Source of the DNA: an uncultured Candidatus Saccharibacteria bacterium
Lineage (GTDB): Bacteria > Patescibacteriota > Andersenbacteria > UBA10190
Direction of reading: 5' to 3'
Length of the DNA stretch: 64,000 nucleotides
NCBI GenBank assembly: GCA_964450915.1
Contig: CAYVFG010000003.1
Location: 3,217 to 67,216, forward strand
Shown here: positions 55,632 through 64,000 of the stretch, piece after piece
How positions within the stretch are numbered: the first letter of the stretch is position 1
How the letters are laid out: the number at the start of each line of letters is the position of its first letter
Position numbers and translations under genes: made by a program
The notes under the pieces: generated by a model
Database searches by the model: none
The model's input: the letters and a program-made list of their open reading frames with translations, nothing else
Told to the model about the DNA's origin: nothing

Positions 55632-56960
55632 ATGCCATCTAAAAAGAAAACATCCCCAGCTGAAACAGTTCAATTTCCATTGCACAGTCCTCGCGGTACG
55701 CAGGATATCCTGCCTCAGGACCAGAAATATTGGGAATATGTAACAGAAAATGCGAAGACATTTATGCGCGGATGGCACTTCCAGCAGCTGGAAACTCCCA
55801 TGTTTGAAGAAACGGCATTGTTTACGCGCGGCATTGGAGAAGGTACGGATATTATTGATAAGGAATTATTCGAATTGAAATCTCGCGGAAAAGGAGCAAA
55901 TTATTCCTTGCGCCCGGAGGCAACTGCTTCCATTATTCGAGCTTATATCGAGCACGGCATGCGAAGCTGGCCGAAGCCGGTGAAATTATTCACAATCGGT
56001 TCATTTTTCCGATATGATCGTCCTCAGGCTGGAAGATTCCGAGAACTTCATCAAATCGATTTGGAAATTATCGGAGCAAGCAATCCTATTACGGATGTCC
56101 AGCTTATTTATGTTATGCATAATTATTTTAAGTCGCTTGGCTTAGAGGATTATGTTGTACTGCTTAATACGTTAGGCGAGCCATCGGAACGAAAAACATA
56201 TATCGGTTTATTGAAAGAACATTTTCGAAGAAATCGAACAAAGCTCTGCCGTGATTGCAAAGAACGTCTTACTACGAATCCGCTTCGATTGCTTGATTGT
56301 AAGGAGGAGAAATGCATGCAAGTAAGCAATACTGCTCCGCGGTTGCTTGACCATTTGTCTGACGCATCAAAAAAACATTTCGAATTTATTCTCAATAGCT
56401 TGCGAGAACTTGAAGTTCCGCACGAAGTTTCCCCGTCGCTTGTTCGCGGACTGGATTACTATACGCATACCGTATTCGAATTTGTGCCAAAATCTACGCG
56501 AGGAGAGGGGCAGCAAAGTTCATTCGCTGCCGGCGGGCGATACAATAATTTAATTAAGGAATTGGGCGGCAAAGAAGCCTCCGCGATTGGCGCTGCGATC
56601 GGAGTTGAGCGCTTGATCGATCGCGTAAAGGCGGAAGGAATTGATTTGATGATTATGGATCAACCCCAATTGTTTATTGCGCAATTAGGAGAGCAAGCAA
56701 AGATTGTTGGGCTTCGGGTGATGAAGCAGCTTCGTGATGCGGATATTCCGTTTTCTGAAAGCATCGATAGGGATGGTATGCAGCAGCAATTGCATATGGC
56801 GGACAGGCTGAAGGTTGAATGGTCGATTATCATCGGACAAAAAGAAGTAATCGACAATACGGTTATTTTGCGAAACATGGAGAGCGGAATGCAAGAGGTT
56901 GTTGATCGGGATAAGCTCGTGCAAGAATTGGAAAAACGGCTACATATTGTACGTGAGTAG
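55632..56960 (+). CDS. hisS: histidyl-tRNA synthetase
   Basis: Class II motifs, HisA/HisB-like histidine-binding region (GGRYNNLIKELGG), C-terminal anticodon-binding domain. Confidence 0.9.
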   Translation: MPSKKKTSPAETVQFPLHSPRGTQDILPQDQKYWEYVTENAKTFMRGWHFQQLETPMFEETALFTRGIGEGTDIIDKELFELKSRGKGANYSLRPEATASIIRAYIEHGMRSWPKPVKLFTIGSFFRYDRPQAGRFRELHQIDLEIIGASNPITDVQLIYVMHNYFKSLGLEDYVVLLNTLGEPSERKTYIGLLKEHFRRNRTKLCRDCKERLTTNPLRLLDCKEEKCMQVSNTAPRLLDHLSDASKKHFEFILNSLRELEVPHEVSPSLVRGLDYYTHTVFEFVPKSTRGEGQQSSFAAGGRYNNLIKELGGKEASAIGAAIGVERLIDRVKAEGIDLMIMDQPQLFIAQLGEQAKIVGLRVMKQLRDADIPFSESIDRDGMQQQLHMADRLKVEWSIIIGQKEVIDNTVILRNMESGMQEVVDRDKLVQELEKRLHIVRE

Positions 56961-56986
56961 CAAAAAACGATATACTACGTGGTAGT

Positions 56987-57355
56987 ATGTCGACTGAATC
57001 AGGATGCATTTTTTGTAGTATTGCAGAGCAAGCTGTTCCTGCCGATGTTTTATTTGATGGCGGGGATACGATGTTTTTTCGAGATATTAATCCGAAAGCG
57101 TCTGTGCATATTATTGGAATTCCTAAAAAACATTTGCAGTCACTTGATGCTATGCAAGGCGATGATCATTCGATGATCGGCAAGCTGCTTCACGAAGCAA
57201 CGCACGTTGCTCGGGACGCGGGTATTTTCGAATCCGGATATCGCGTCATTACAAATGTGGGCAAGCATGCTGGGCAAGAAGTTCATCATTTGCATTTTCA
57301 CATTGTTGGCGGAGAAGATTTAGGACCGCTTATTTGTAATGCGTCATCGTTATGA
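56987..57355 (+). CDS. HIT-family nucleotide hydrolase
   Basis: Histidine triad HHLHFHIVGG. Confidence 0.85.
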   Translation: MSTESGCIFCSIAEQAVPADVLFDGGDTMFFRDINPKASVHIIGIPKKHLQSLDAMQGDDHSMIGKLLHEATHVARDAGIFESGYRVITNVGKHAGQEVHHLHFHIVGGEDLGPLICNASSL

Positions 57356-57768
57356 ATAAGAAATATATAACGCGGATGTATGCATTTGTATTTGTTTCGA
57401 TGCTGCCTTTTGTCAGCTTTGCGCAAACCGGCGGTCTTATTAAGTGCGGTCCGGCAGGCCAACAGGGAAAGGATTGCACTATTGACGATTTTTTTACTCT
57501 TTTCGTAAATATTTTTAATTATCTGCTTGGCATGGGCGCCATCGTCGCGTTTCTATTTTTGATTTACGGTGGCATAAAAATGTTCCTCTATTCAGTAGAC
57601 GAGGAAAATCTTGCGGCAGGCAAAAAGACGGTCATAGAGGCATTGATTGGACTGGCTATTATATTGCTTGCGTACGTGCTCATTAATACGCTTCTTACTG
57701 TTTTGGGCGTTTCTAAGCCGGCAGATTATTTTAATGGCAATGCAGTCAGCGGAAGTGCGGTCAAATAG
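57352..57768 (+). CDS. secreted two-TM small protein with VirB2/TrbC-pilin-like topology
   Basis: 138 aa. Signal peptide ending VSFA-QTGG, two hydrophobic helices separated by a short loop (YSVDEENLAAGKK), Gly/Ser-rich tail. Translationally coupled to the HIT gene. Confidence 0.4.
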   Translation: MNKKYITRMYAFVFVSMLPFVSFAQTGGLIKCGPAGQQGKDCTIDDFFTLFVNIFNYLLGMGAIVAFLFLIYGGIKMFLYSVDEENLAAGKKTVIEALIGLAIILLAYVLINTLLTVLGVSKPADYFNGNAVSGSAVK

Positions 57769-57844
57769 TCATTGACATGCAACTTATCCCGTGGTAGGAT
57801 GTTTACTAGAGTTTGTTATTATTTTTAGGAGGTGACTTTTTCCT

Positions 57845-58096
57845 GTGTTAGAAGTACAGAAACGTGATAATGAAAATTCCGAAGGATTAATCCGTCGGTT
57901 TTCTCGTGTTGTGCAACAAAGCGGAGTGTTGTTACAGGCGAAGAAAGTTCGGTACCACGAAAAAAAACAAAGCAAAATGAAAGTTCGTGAAGCTGCTCAA
58001 CGAAGAAGCGAGTTACAGACCGAGCGCGAACGAGCAATCAAAATGGGAGAAATAGACGAATTCGCATATCCTCAAAAGAAAGGCAAGCGTTTCTAA
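57845..58096 (+). CDS. rpsU: 30S ribosomal protein S21
   Basis: MLEVQKRDNENSEGLIRRFSRVVQQSGVLLQAKKVRYHEKK matches the bS21 pattern. Basic C-terminus. Confidence 0.85.
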   Translation: MLEVQKRDNENSEGLIRRFSRVVQQSGVLLQAKKVRYHEKKQSKMKVREAAQRRSELQTERERAIKMGEIDEFAYPQKKGKRF

Positions 58097-58114
58097 ATAG
58101 AGACCATTGTAAAA

Positions 58115-58147
58115 CACCCCGGTACTCGCGGGGTGTTTTATTTTGTA
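58115..58147 (+). terminator. rho-independent terminator
   Basis: CACCCCG-gtactcg-CGGGGTG followed by TTTTATTTT. Confidence 0.8.
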
Positions 58148-58172
58148 TTTATAGGTATAATGAAGAAACTAT

Positions 58173-58913
58173 ATGGCCAATGAACTTCCTCCCAATTTAC
58201 CGATCCCACCGATTCCTCCTGCAGGAGGCGCTCCCGCAACTGGATTTGATGTGCCGGACCCATTCGAGGATGTATCTTCGATGCCCGATAAAACAAGTCA
58301 GCCGAATCCGCTTATTGCGCCTCCGGAGGTTGATGAGTCTCTTGAAACTGACCAGCCCGTATTCGTAAAACCGGAAATGCCAACAAGAAAACGAAGTGCA
58401 AAAACCCTTGTTTTTATTGTGTTGGGAGTAGTCATTTTGCTTATCGCCGTGATTGCAGCTATTGCGATAAAAATGTTTTCAGGATCTTCTGTGCAAAAAA
58501 CAGCTGCGGACATTACGCCCACTCCGACAGTTGCTCCTGTTCAAAGCCAGCAGCCAGTAGCGGTGGAATCGAGCACGCCCCCTCCTACTTCCTCGGCTCA
58601 AATCGGTTCGGATGGCGATGACCCCGATAAGGATGGGGTAAATAATGCGGAGGAGCGGCTATATGGGACTGATCCAAATAATCCTGATACTGACGGAGAT
58701 GGGTATGATGACGGCGAAGAAGTGAAGAATGGGTATAACCCTCTTGGCCAAGGATCGCTTGATTCTGATAATGATGGGTTGACGGACCCGGTGGAGCGTA
58801 AAATGGGTACTGATCCGTTTAATCCTGATACTGACGGAGATGGATATTCGGATGGGGACGAGGTTGCGCACGGACACAACCCGCTTGTTCCTGCACCGAA
58901 CGACAAGCTGTAA
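58173..58913 (+). CDS. membrane-anchored protein with thrombospondin type-3-like calcium-binding repeats
   Basis: Pro-rich N-terminus, TM, Thr/Pro linker, three DxDxDGxxDxxE repeats ([46 protein letters not shown]). Confidence 0.6.
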   Translation: MANELPPNLPIPPIPPAGGAPATGFDVPDPFEDVSSMPDKTSQPNPLIAPPEVDESLETDQPVFVKPEMPTRKRSAKTLVFIVLGVVILLIAVIAAIAIKMFSGSSVQKTAADITPTPTVAPVQSQQPVAVESSTPPPTSSAQIGSDGDDPDKDGVNNAEERLYGTDPNNPDTDGDGYDDGEEVKNGYNPLGQGSLDSDNDGLTDPVERKMGTDPFNPDTDGDGYSDGDEVAHGHNPLVPAPNDKL

Positions 58914-58928
58914 TAGCGCATGTAATGT

Positions 58929-59360
58929 ATGACGCTTGAGTTGCAGTGTGAACAATTTCCACTTACGCATGAGCAGATAATGAAGCTATTAGATTGTGCA
59001 TGCGACAAGCTCGATATGCACGATAGTGGACATGTAACGCTGCGCTGTGTTGAAGTTGATGAAATAACAAATATGAACGCAACCTATCGACATAAAAATT
59101 CTCCGACAAATATACTGACGTTTTCATATGATGAGAATGAGCATGATATTGCTATTTGCATGAACGTTGCAGCCGATGAAGCGCGAGATCGAGGAGTTGA
59201 GCTTGCTGATTATGCAGCATTGCTTGTGACTCATGGATTCTTGCATGCACTGGGAATGGATCACGAAGCATCTGAAAAAGAGGAGCTAAAAACGGAAGAA
59301 TTAGAAAAGCAAATTCTGGCAGAGACAGGATTTGCTCCTGTAACATTATTTGCGGTATGA
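58929..59360 (+). CDS. ybeY: rRNA maturation endoribonuclease YbeY
   Basis: HGFLHALGMDHE metal-binding motif. Confidence 0.85.
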   Translation: MTLELQCEQFPLTHEQIMKLLDCACDKLDMHDSGHVTLRCVEVDEITNMNATYRHKNSPTNILTFSYDENEHDIAICMNVAADEARDRGVELADYAALLVTHGFLHALGMDHEASEKEELKTEELEKQILAETGFAPVTLFAV

Positions 59361-59722
59361 AGCGTTGGCACAGGAGCAGGTCTTTTTTTGAAGCGCTAGC
59401 ATTTGCTCTTCGAGGAGTTGCAACTGCCATTTTGCGCGAGAGAAATATTCGTATACAGCTTTTTATTGGAACAATTATTTTGTTCATGATGATCTTGCTG
59501 CACGTATCTTTTTTGAATATGGGAATCGGCATTATTGCTATTTTGCTTGTCCTGGCCTTTGAGATGATAAATACCGCGCTTGAGTTGCTGTCTGACATGG
59601 TGCATCCGGAATACAGCGTTATTGTTCGGAATGTGAAGGATATTTCTGCAGGAGCAGTTCTTGTGGTTACTATCGCTGCCTGCGTTGTCGGGTTATTGAT
59701 TTTTCTTCCAATCCTTTTTTAG
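59357..59722 (+). CDS. dgkA: diacylglycerol/undecaprenol kinase (DgkA family)
   Basis: Three TM, EMINTALELL motif, C-terminal DISAGAVLV. Confidence 0.8.
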   Translation: MKRWHRSRSFFEALAFALRGVATAILRERNIRIQLFIGTIILFMMILLHVSFLNMGIGIIAILLVLAFEMINTALELLSDMVHPEYSVIVRNVKDISAGAVLVVTIAACVVGLLIFLPILF

Positions 59723-59749
59723 GTACAATAGGTATAGAATATTTTCATT

Positions 59750-60994
59750 ATGAACCGACCACACATATATACGGCGATTGATATTGGATCCAGTGCTGTT
59801 CGTGTTGTTGTTGCGCAAAAAAATCCTCAATCCGAGGAAGGGGAAGTAAAGATTCTCGGTGTCGGGAAAGCTGTTATGAGCGGAATGCAGAAAGGGGTTG
59901 TGACTGATGTGGAAGAAGCTGTCGCATGCCTAGGGACTGCTCTCGATGTCGCAGAGCGCATTTCTGGAATACCTGTAGAAAAGGCCGTAGTGAGCGTAAA
60001 TGGTGCGCACTTGGTGTCGCAAGAATTGCGCGGAGTTATTGCAATAAGCCGTGCGGATGGCGAGATTACTCCCGATGATGTTGATCGGGTTATTAACGCC
60101 GCTCAAGCGATATCTCTCCCGCCTAATCGAGAAATTATGCACATTTTGCCGCAAAATTATATTGTTGATGGGCAGGAGCATATTCAGGATTCTGTCGGGA
60201 TGACAGGGGTGCGTCTTGAGGTTGAGGCGCATGCAATTGTGGGATCCTCTCCTGCAATTAAAAACCTTACCAAAGTTGTGAATCAATCCGGTGTTCATAT
60301 TGATGAGTTTGTGTTCGCTCCGCTTGCAGCAGCGCTTGCCGTTCTTGAAAAACGCCAGAAGGAGTTAGGGGTGGTGCTTATTGATTTGGGAGCTGGGACG
60401 ACGAGCTTGGCGGTATATGAGGAAAGTATTTTGTTGCATACAAGCGTGTTGCCCGTAGGTGCATCGCATATTACGAATGATATTGCGATAGGTCTTCGCA
60501 CTTCAATAGAGATTGCGGAAGCCATTAAGCTATCTCACGGAACTGCTACAGTAGAAGGCATCTCTCAAAGCGATATGATTGTTGTCGAAGGTCAGGATGG
60601 TGAACAGGAATCCATTTCAAGAAAAGAAGTTGCTGAAATTATTTCCGATAGATTAGATGAGCTATTTTCTCACGTTGATCGCGAACTTAAAAATATAGGA
60701 CGATCCGGACTGCTGCCTGCCGGAGTGATATTGACGGGCGGAGGAGCGTACATGGATGGCATTGTTGAATTGGCAAAAAAGCGATTACGCTTGCCGGTAC
60801 GAATCGGCCATCCGAAAAAATTAGCCGGATTATCCGATCAAACAGATGGACCTGAATTTGCTGTCGCAATCGGGCTGATTGCGTTTGCGCTTGATCAAGA
60901 AGGCAAAGAAGTTTCTCATAAATCTCTATCTTTACCCGATATTAGCGGCACCGTCCAAAAGCTGAGAGATTGGACCAAGTCGTTCTTGCCATAA
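59750..60994 (+). CDS. ftsA: cell division protein FtsA
   Basis: Actin-like ATPase: IYTAIDIGSSAVRVVVAQ, DLGAGTTSLAVYE, GVILTGGGA. Confidence 0.9.
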   Translation: MNRPHIYTAIDIGSSAVRVVVAQKNPQSEEGEVKILGVGKAVMSGMQKGVVTDVEEAVACLGTALDVAERISGIPVEKAVVSVNGAHLVSQELRGVIAISRADGEITPDDVDRVINAAQAISLPPNREIMHILPQNYIVDGQEHIQDSVGMTGVRLEVEAHAIVGSSPAIKNLTKVVNQSGVHIDEFVFAPLAAALAVLEKRQKELGVVLIDLGAGTTSLAVYEESILLHTSVLPVGASHITNDIAIGLRTSIEIAEAIKLSHGTATVEGISQSDMIVVEGQDGEQESISRKEVAEIISDRLDELFSHVDRELKNIGRSGLLPAGVILTGGGAYMDGIVELAKKRLRLPVRIGHPKKLAGLSDQTDGPEFAVAIGLIAFALDQEGKEVSHKSLSLPDISGTVQKLRDWTKSFLP

Positions 60995-61080
60995 AAAAAT
61001 ATTCGTGAACACAAAGTGTGTACGGGTTGTACACATATTGTTATTGACATTCTTTTTTTCGTTCGTACGATGAAGATGAT

Positions 61081-62319
61081 ATGCCACTAAAACGAGCCAG
61101 TATTGAAAACGTAGCAAACATCAAAGTTGTTGGTGTGGGCGGAGGCGGAAACGCTGCGCTTAACAGAATGGTTGAGGCGAACATTAAAGGTGTTGAATTT
61201 ATTGCGGTTAATACTGACGCACAAGCGCTTCATTATTCTGCAGCTCCTACAAAACTTCATATCGGACAAACTGTTACGAAGGGCTTGGGAGCGGGAATGA
61301 ATCCTCTTTTGGGGCAACAGGCTGCCGAAGAAAGCCGAGAAGAAATTTATGAATTGCTAAAAGGGGCTGACATGGTATTCATCGCTGCCGGATTTGGCGG
61401 CGGTTCCGGTTCCGGTGCAGGGCCTGTTGTGGCAGAAATTGCTCGCGAGGTAGGTGCTCTCACTGTTGCAGTTGTAACAAAGCCATTTTCATTTGAAGGT
61501 CAGCAGCGCATGACTATTGCAGAAGAAGCGCTTGCGGAATTGCAAAGCAGAGCGGATGCTTCTGTGGTTATTCCTAATGACAGGCTGCTGCAAATTATCG
61601 ATAAGAAAACAAGCCTCATTGATGCATTTCGAGTGGTGGACGACGTATTGCGACAGGGCGTTCAAGGTATCTCCGATTTGATTACTCACCATGGAATGGT
61701 CAACGTAGACTTTGCGGATATTAAGGCGATTATGCAAAATGCCGGATCTGCTCTTATGGGTATTGGAAAAGCTTCCGGGGAAAATAGGGCAGTGGAAGCT
61801 GCACGCGCAGCAATTGATAGCCCTATGCTCGACGTGACGATTGACGGCGCAAAAGGGATCGTGTTTAACATTACATCTGGCCCAGACCTTCGCATGTATG
61901 AAGTGGATGCTGCTGCTCGAACGATTACGGAGCATGCTGATCCGAATGCAAAGGTTATTTTTGGTGCAGTTATTGATTCGGACCAAGTAGAAGAAGGGGA
62001 GATTAAAATTACCGTTGTTGCTACTGGTTTTGATAAGCCGCAAGCGATTATCCGTCCTCGAAGTACGCCTGGCTATGCAACCAATCAGCAAGCTCAACAA
62101 CAGCAGCAGATGCCTCAAAACGAACCGCGAGTGCAGCCGATGCGATCTCCGTATGGCATGCCGTCTGTAAATTTATCTCAGCAAAATCAGCCTGCGCCAA
62201 AACCAAGAATCATGCCGATGCAGCAACAGCAGCAAGAAGATGAGGATCTGGAAGTGCCCACATTTATCCGCAGGAAAATGCGCGAGCGCAAGCAGAATCT
62301 CGGACAAGAAGAGGTTTAA
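61081..62319 (+). CDS. ftsZ: cell division protein FtsZ
   Basis: [13 protein letters not shown], tubulin signature [20 protein letters not shown]-rich C-terminal linker and conserved C-terminal peptide. Confidence 0.95.
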   Translation: MPLKRASIENVANIKVVGVGGGGNAALNRMVEANIKGVEFIAVNTDAQALHYSAAPTKLHIGQTVTKGLGAGMNPLLGQQAAEESREEIYELLKGADMVFIAAGFGGGSGSGAGPVVAEIAREVGALTVAVVTKPFSFEGQQRMTIAEEALAELQSRADASVVIPNDRLLQIIDKKTSLIDAFRVVDDVLRQGVQGISDLITHHGMVNVDFADIKAIMQNAGSALMGIGKASGENRAVEAARAAIDSPMLDVTIDGAKGIVFNITSGPDLRMYEVDAAARTITEHADPNAKVIFGAVIDSDQVEEGEIKITVVATGFDKPQAIIRPRSTPGYATNQQAQQQQQMPQNEPRVQPMRSPYGMPSVNLSQQNQPAPKPRIMPMQQQQQEDEDLEVPTFIRRKMRERKQNLGQEEV

Positions 62320-62350
62320 GTAGCTATACAACTCATGTAGGATTACAAGC

Positions 62351-63724
62351 ATGCGAGCTTCTGTTTGCATGCTTGTTGTTTCGTGGGTGGTTGGAATAAC
62401 TGCGGGAGTATTCCAAGCAGTTCCGGTTTTGGTTGGGGCTTGTGGGCTGACTATGGTGGCAATAGCATATTATATGCATCTTCGAACGCAATTTTTTATT
62501 GCAGTTATTGCACTGACCTATCTTGGATATATGTATGGCGGTTTTACTGTTCAGCCGCGCACCACTGTTTGCCAAGGAGAAACAGCCTCATATGCTACTC
62601 TCGATCACGCATACTCGATATCGTTCAATCAGGCACGATATGTGTTCAAAAGAAATGATGGATGTTCAATTTTGGTATACACCAATCGGTTCCCATTGCT
62701 TGTTGGCGGTACTCAGGCTCACATCAAGGGCTCGCAAGCTATTTCCTCGATATTTTTGCAAGACGATGGGATAGATTTAATTGTCCAGCATGCAGATATA
62801 GATATTTTACATAATGGGGGATCTGCAGTTGATGCATTAAGAATAAAAGGAATAGAGACGCTATCTCGCTATTTAAGCGAGCCCGATGCCTCGATTGCAA
62901 TCGGAATGTTGTTGGGGGACAGGGGTACGATATCGAAAAATGTTCAAGACGAATTTCGTGCAAGCGGAATAAGCCATGTGCTTTCCATTTCCGGGCTTCA
63001 TGTTTCTATTCTTGTGGGAATTCTCGCGCTACTGCTTCAGTTGTTACCGATTCCGCCTATATTCAGGGTTGGAATTATGGCCAGTGTTATGTGGGTGTAT
63101 ATAGCGAGCATCGGAGCTCCGTTGTCTGCGGTGCGAGCAGGCGTGTTCTGGACCCTCTACGCGCTCGCCTACCGGGCGCAAGTACTTATTGGCGCATCTA
63201 CGGTCCTTGTTGCTGTCCTGGCTCTTCTTATGACGTTTGATCCCCGAGCGATTTTATCGCCAGGATTTCAACTTTCCATGGCAGCCGTGACAGGAATTTT
63301 TCTTATGTTGCGTCTTATTTCTTTTCGCCTGCACCCTGTTTCGTCGCTCTTTTTTGTTTCCCTTGGAGCTACAATAGGAACACTCCCGCTCGTTGTGTAT
63401 TATTTCGGCGGAATTCCTACGCTGAGCATTTTAGTGAACATACTTATTGTTCCCATCACTCCCGCACTCTTAGTGGCTATTTTATTGGTGTTGGTGGGGA
63501 GTATAATTTCTCCTATCGTAGCCCTCTTTTTTTCGTATGTTGTTCATGTTCTGATTTTGTGGATAGTTGGAATCACATCTAGTGTCCAGCATATTCCCTA
63601 TGCGTATATTGATCACCTCGCCTTGCCTGGTTGGGGAGTTTTTGCTTTCTATGCGCTGCTTCTATTGATTGTGCTTCTTTATATGCATCATAGAAGAATG
63701 CATTTCCGAGAACTATGGATATAA
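62351..63724 (+). CDS. comEC: ComEC/Rec2 competence channel protein, N-terminal DUF4131 + competence domain part
   Basis: GISHVLSISGLHVSILVG motif, ~10 TM. Lacks the MBL domain, which is encoded by the next overlapping ORF. Confidence 0.8.
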   Translation: MRASVCMLVVSWVVGITAGVFQAVPVLVGACGLTMVAIAYYMHLRTQFFIAVIALTYLGYMYGGFTVQPRTTVCQGETASYATLDHAYSISFNQARYVFKRNDGCSILVYTNRFPLLVGGTQAHIKGSQAISSIFLQDDGIDLIVQHADIDILHNGGSAVDALRIKGIETLSRYLSEPDASIAIGMLLGDRGTISKNVQDEFRASGISHVLSISGLHVSILVGILALLLQLLPIPPIFRVGIMASVMWVYIASIGAPLSAVRAGVFWTLYALAYRAQVLIGASTVLVAVLALLMTFDPRAILSPGFQLSMAAVTGIFLMLRLISFRLHPVSSLFFVSLGATIGTLPLVVYYFGGIPTLSILVNILIVPITPALLVAILLVLVGSIISPIVALFFSYVVHVLILWIVGITSSVQHIPYAYIDHLALPGWGVFAFYALLLLIVLLYMHHRRMHFRELWI

Positions 63725-64000
63725 CAAGTGGAATTGTTTGGGGCGCCATACTCATTATCTGTTTTGTATTCATGTCTTCTGTTCCGCAGGAAGGGGTGGG
63801 TATTACGCGCTTTGATCCGAAACATGGAAATGCGCTTATCGTTCAAGACGGAACTATCCAAGTGCTTGTTGGCGGAGGAGGAGATGAAGCACTTCTAAGT
63901 TCACTTCCGGCGAAAATGTCTTGGTTTGATAAAAGGATTGAAGTTGTTATCGTCCCTACCTGGAAGCCAGAAGATGTTATGAGTCTTCTTTCGATTCTTG
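63715..64000 (+). CDS. ComEC C-terminal metallo-beta-lactamase-like domain encoded as a separate overlapping ORF (3' partial at window edge)
   Basis: Begins at an ATG overlapping the comEC stop (ctATGGATATAA). ITRFDPKHGNALIVQDGTIQVLVGGGGDEALL resembles the start of the ComEC MBL domain. Runs off the window. Confidence 0.5.
   Translation, partial: MDITSGIVWGAILIICFVFMSSVPQEGVGITRFDPKHGNALIVQDGTIQVLVGGGGDEALLSSLPAKMSWFDKRIEVVIVPTWKPEDVMSLLSIL

Overview
This 64-kb window is a gene-dense, mostly plus-strand bacterial chromosomal segment with compact, often overlapping genes, about 45-50% GC, and several near-consensus sigma-70 promoters placed immediately before start codons. On gene content I infer it comes from a small-genome, Patescibacteria/CPR-like or otherwise streamlined bacterium. 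Most of the window is housekeeping: five aminoacyl-tRNA synthetases (argS, a eukaryote-like type-2 ileS, glyQS, leuS, hisS), recO, tgt, rarA, ppa, tatD, idi, parA/parB, topA, dprA, mfd, pth, lepB, rpsU, ybeY, dgkA, ftsA, ftsZ, and a ComEC gene split into two ORFs. There is one tRNA, tRNA-Leu(CAA). The accessory content is a copper-tolerance pair (P1B-type ATPase with a CPH motif plus a Met-rich DUF305 protein), an orphan ParB-fold protein, a SemiSWEET-like mini-transporter, a marR-emrA-emrA'-emrB efflux operon with two tandem adaptor genes, a holin-like protein paired with a coiled-coil C39-peptidase hydrolase, and several small secreted or membrane proteins of unknown function. I found no CRISPR array, transposase or integrase. 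The parts I would look at first are non-coding. A 1.2-kb GC-rich island without long ORFs at 22.3-23.5 kb carries a candidate RNase P RNA, a second structured RNA, and a 10-4-10 palindrome (TTTTGTCAAA-N4-TTTGACAAAA) that recurs exactly in the mfd/trmB-like divergent promoter region. A 570-bp intergenic region at 52.4-52.95 kb carries an SD-led mini-ORF with its own terminator, followed by a promoter-plus-terminator-bounded ~105-nt hairpin RNA that resembles 4.5S SRP RNA. A 118-nt long-hairpin element sits at 5.29-5.40 kb. All RNA family assignments are from motif inspection only and need covariance-model confirmation.
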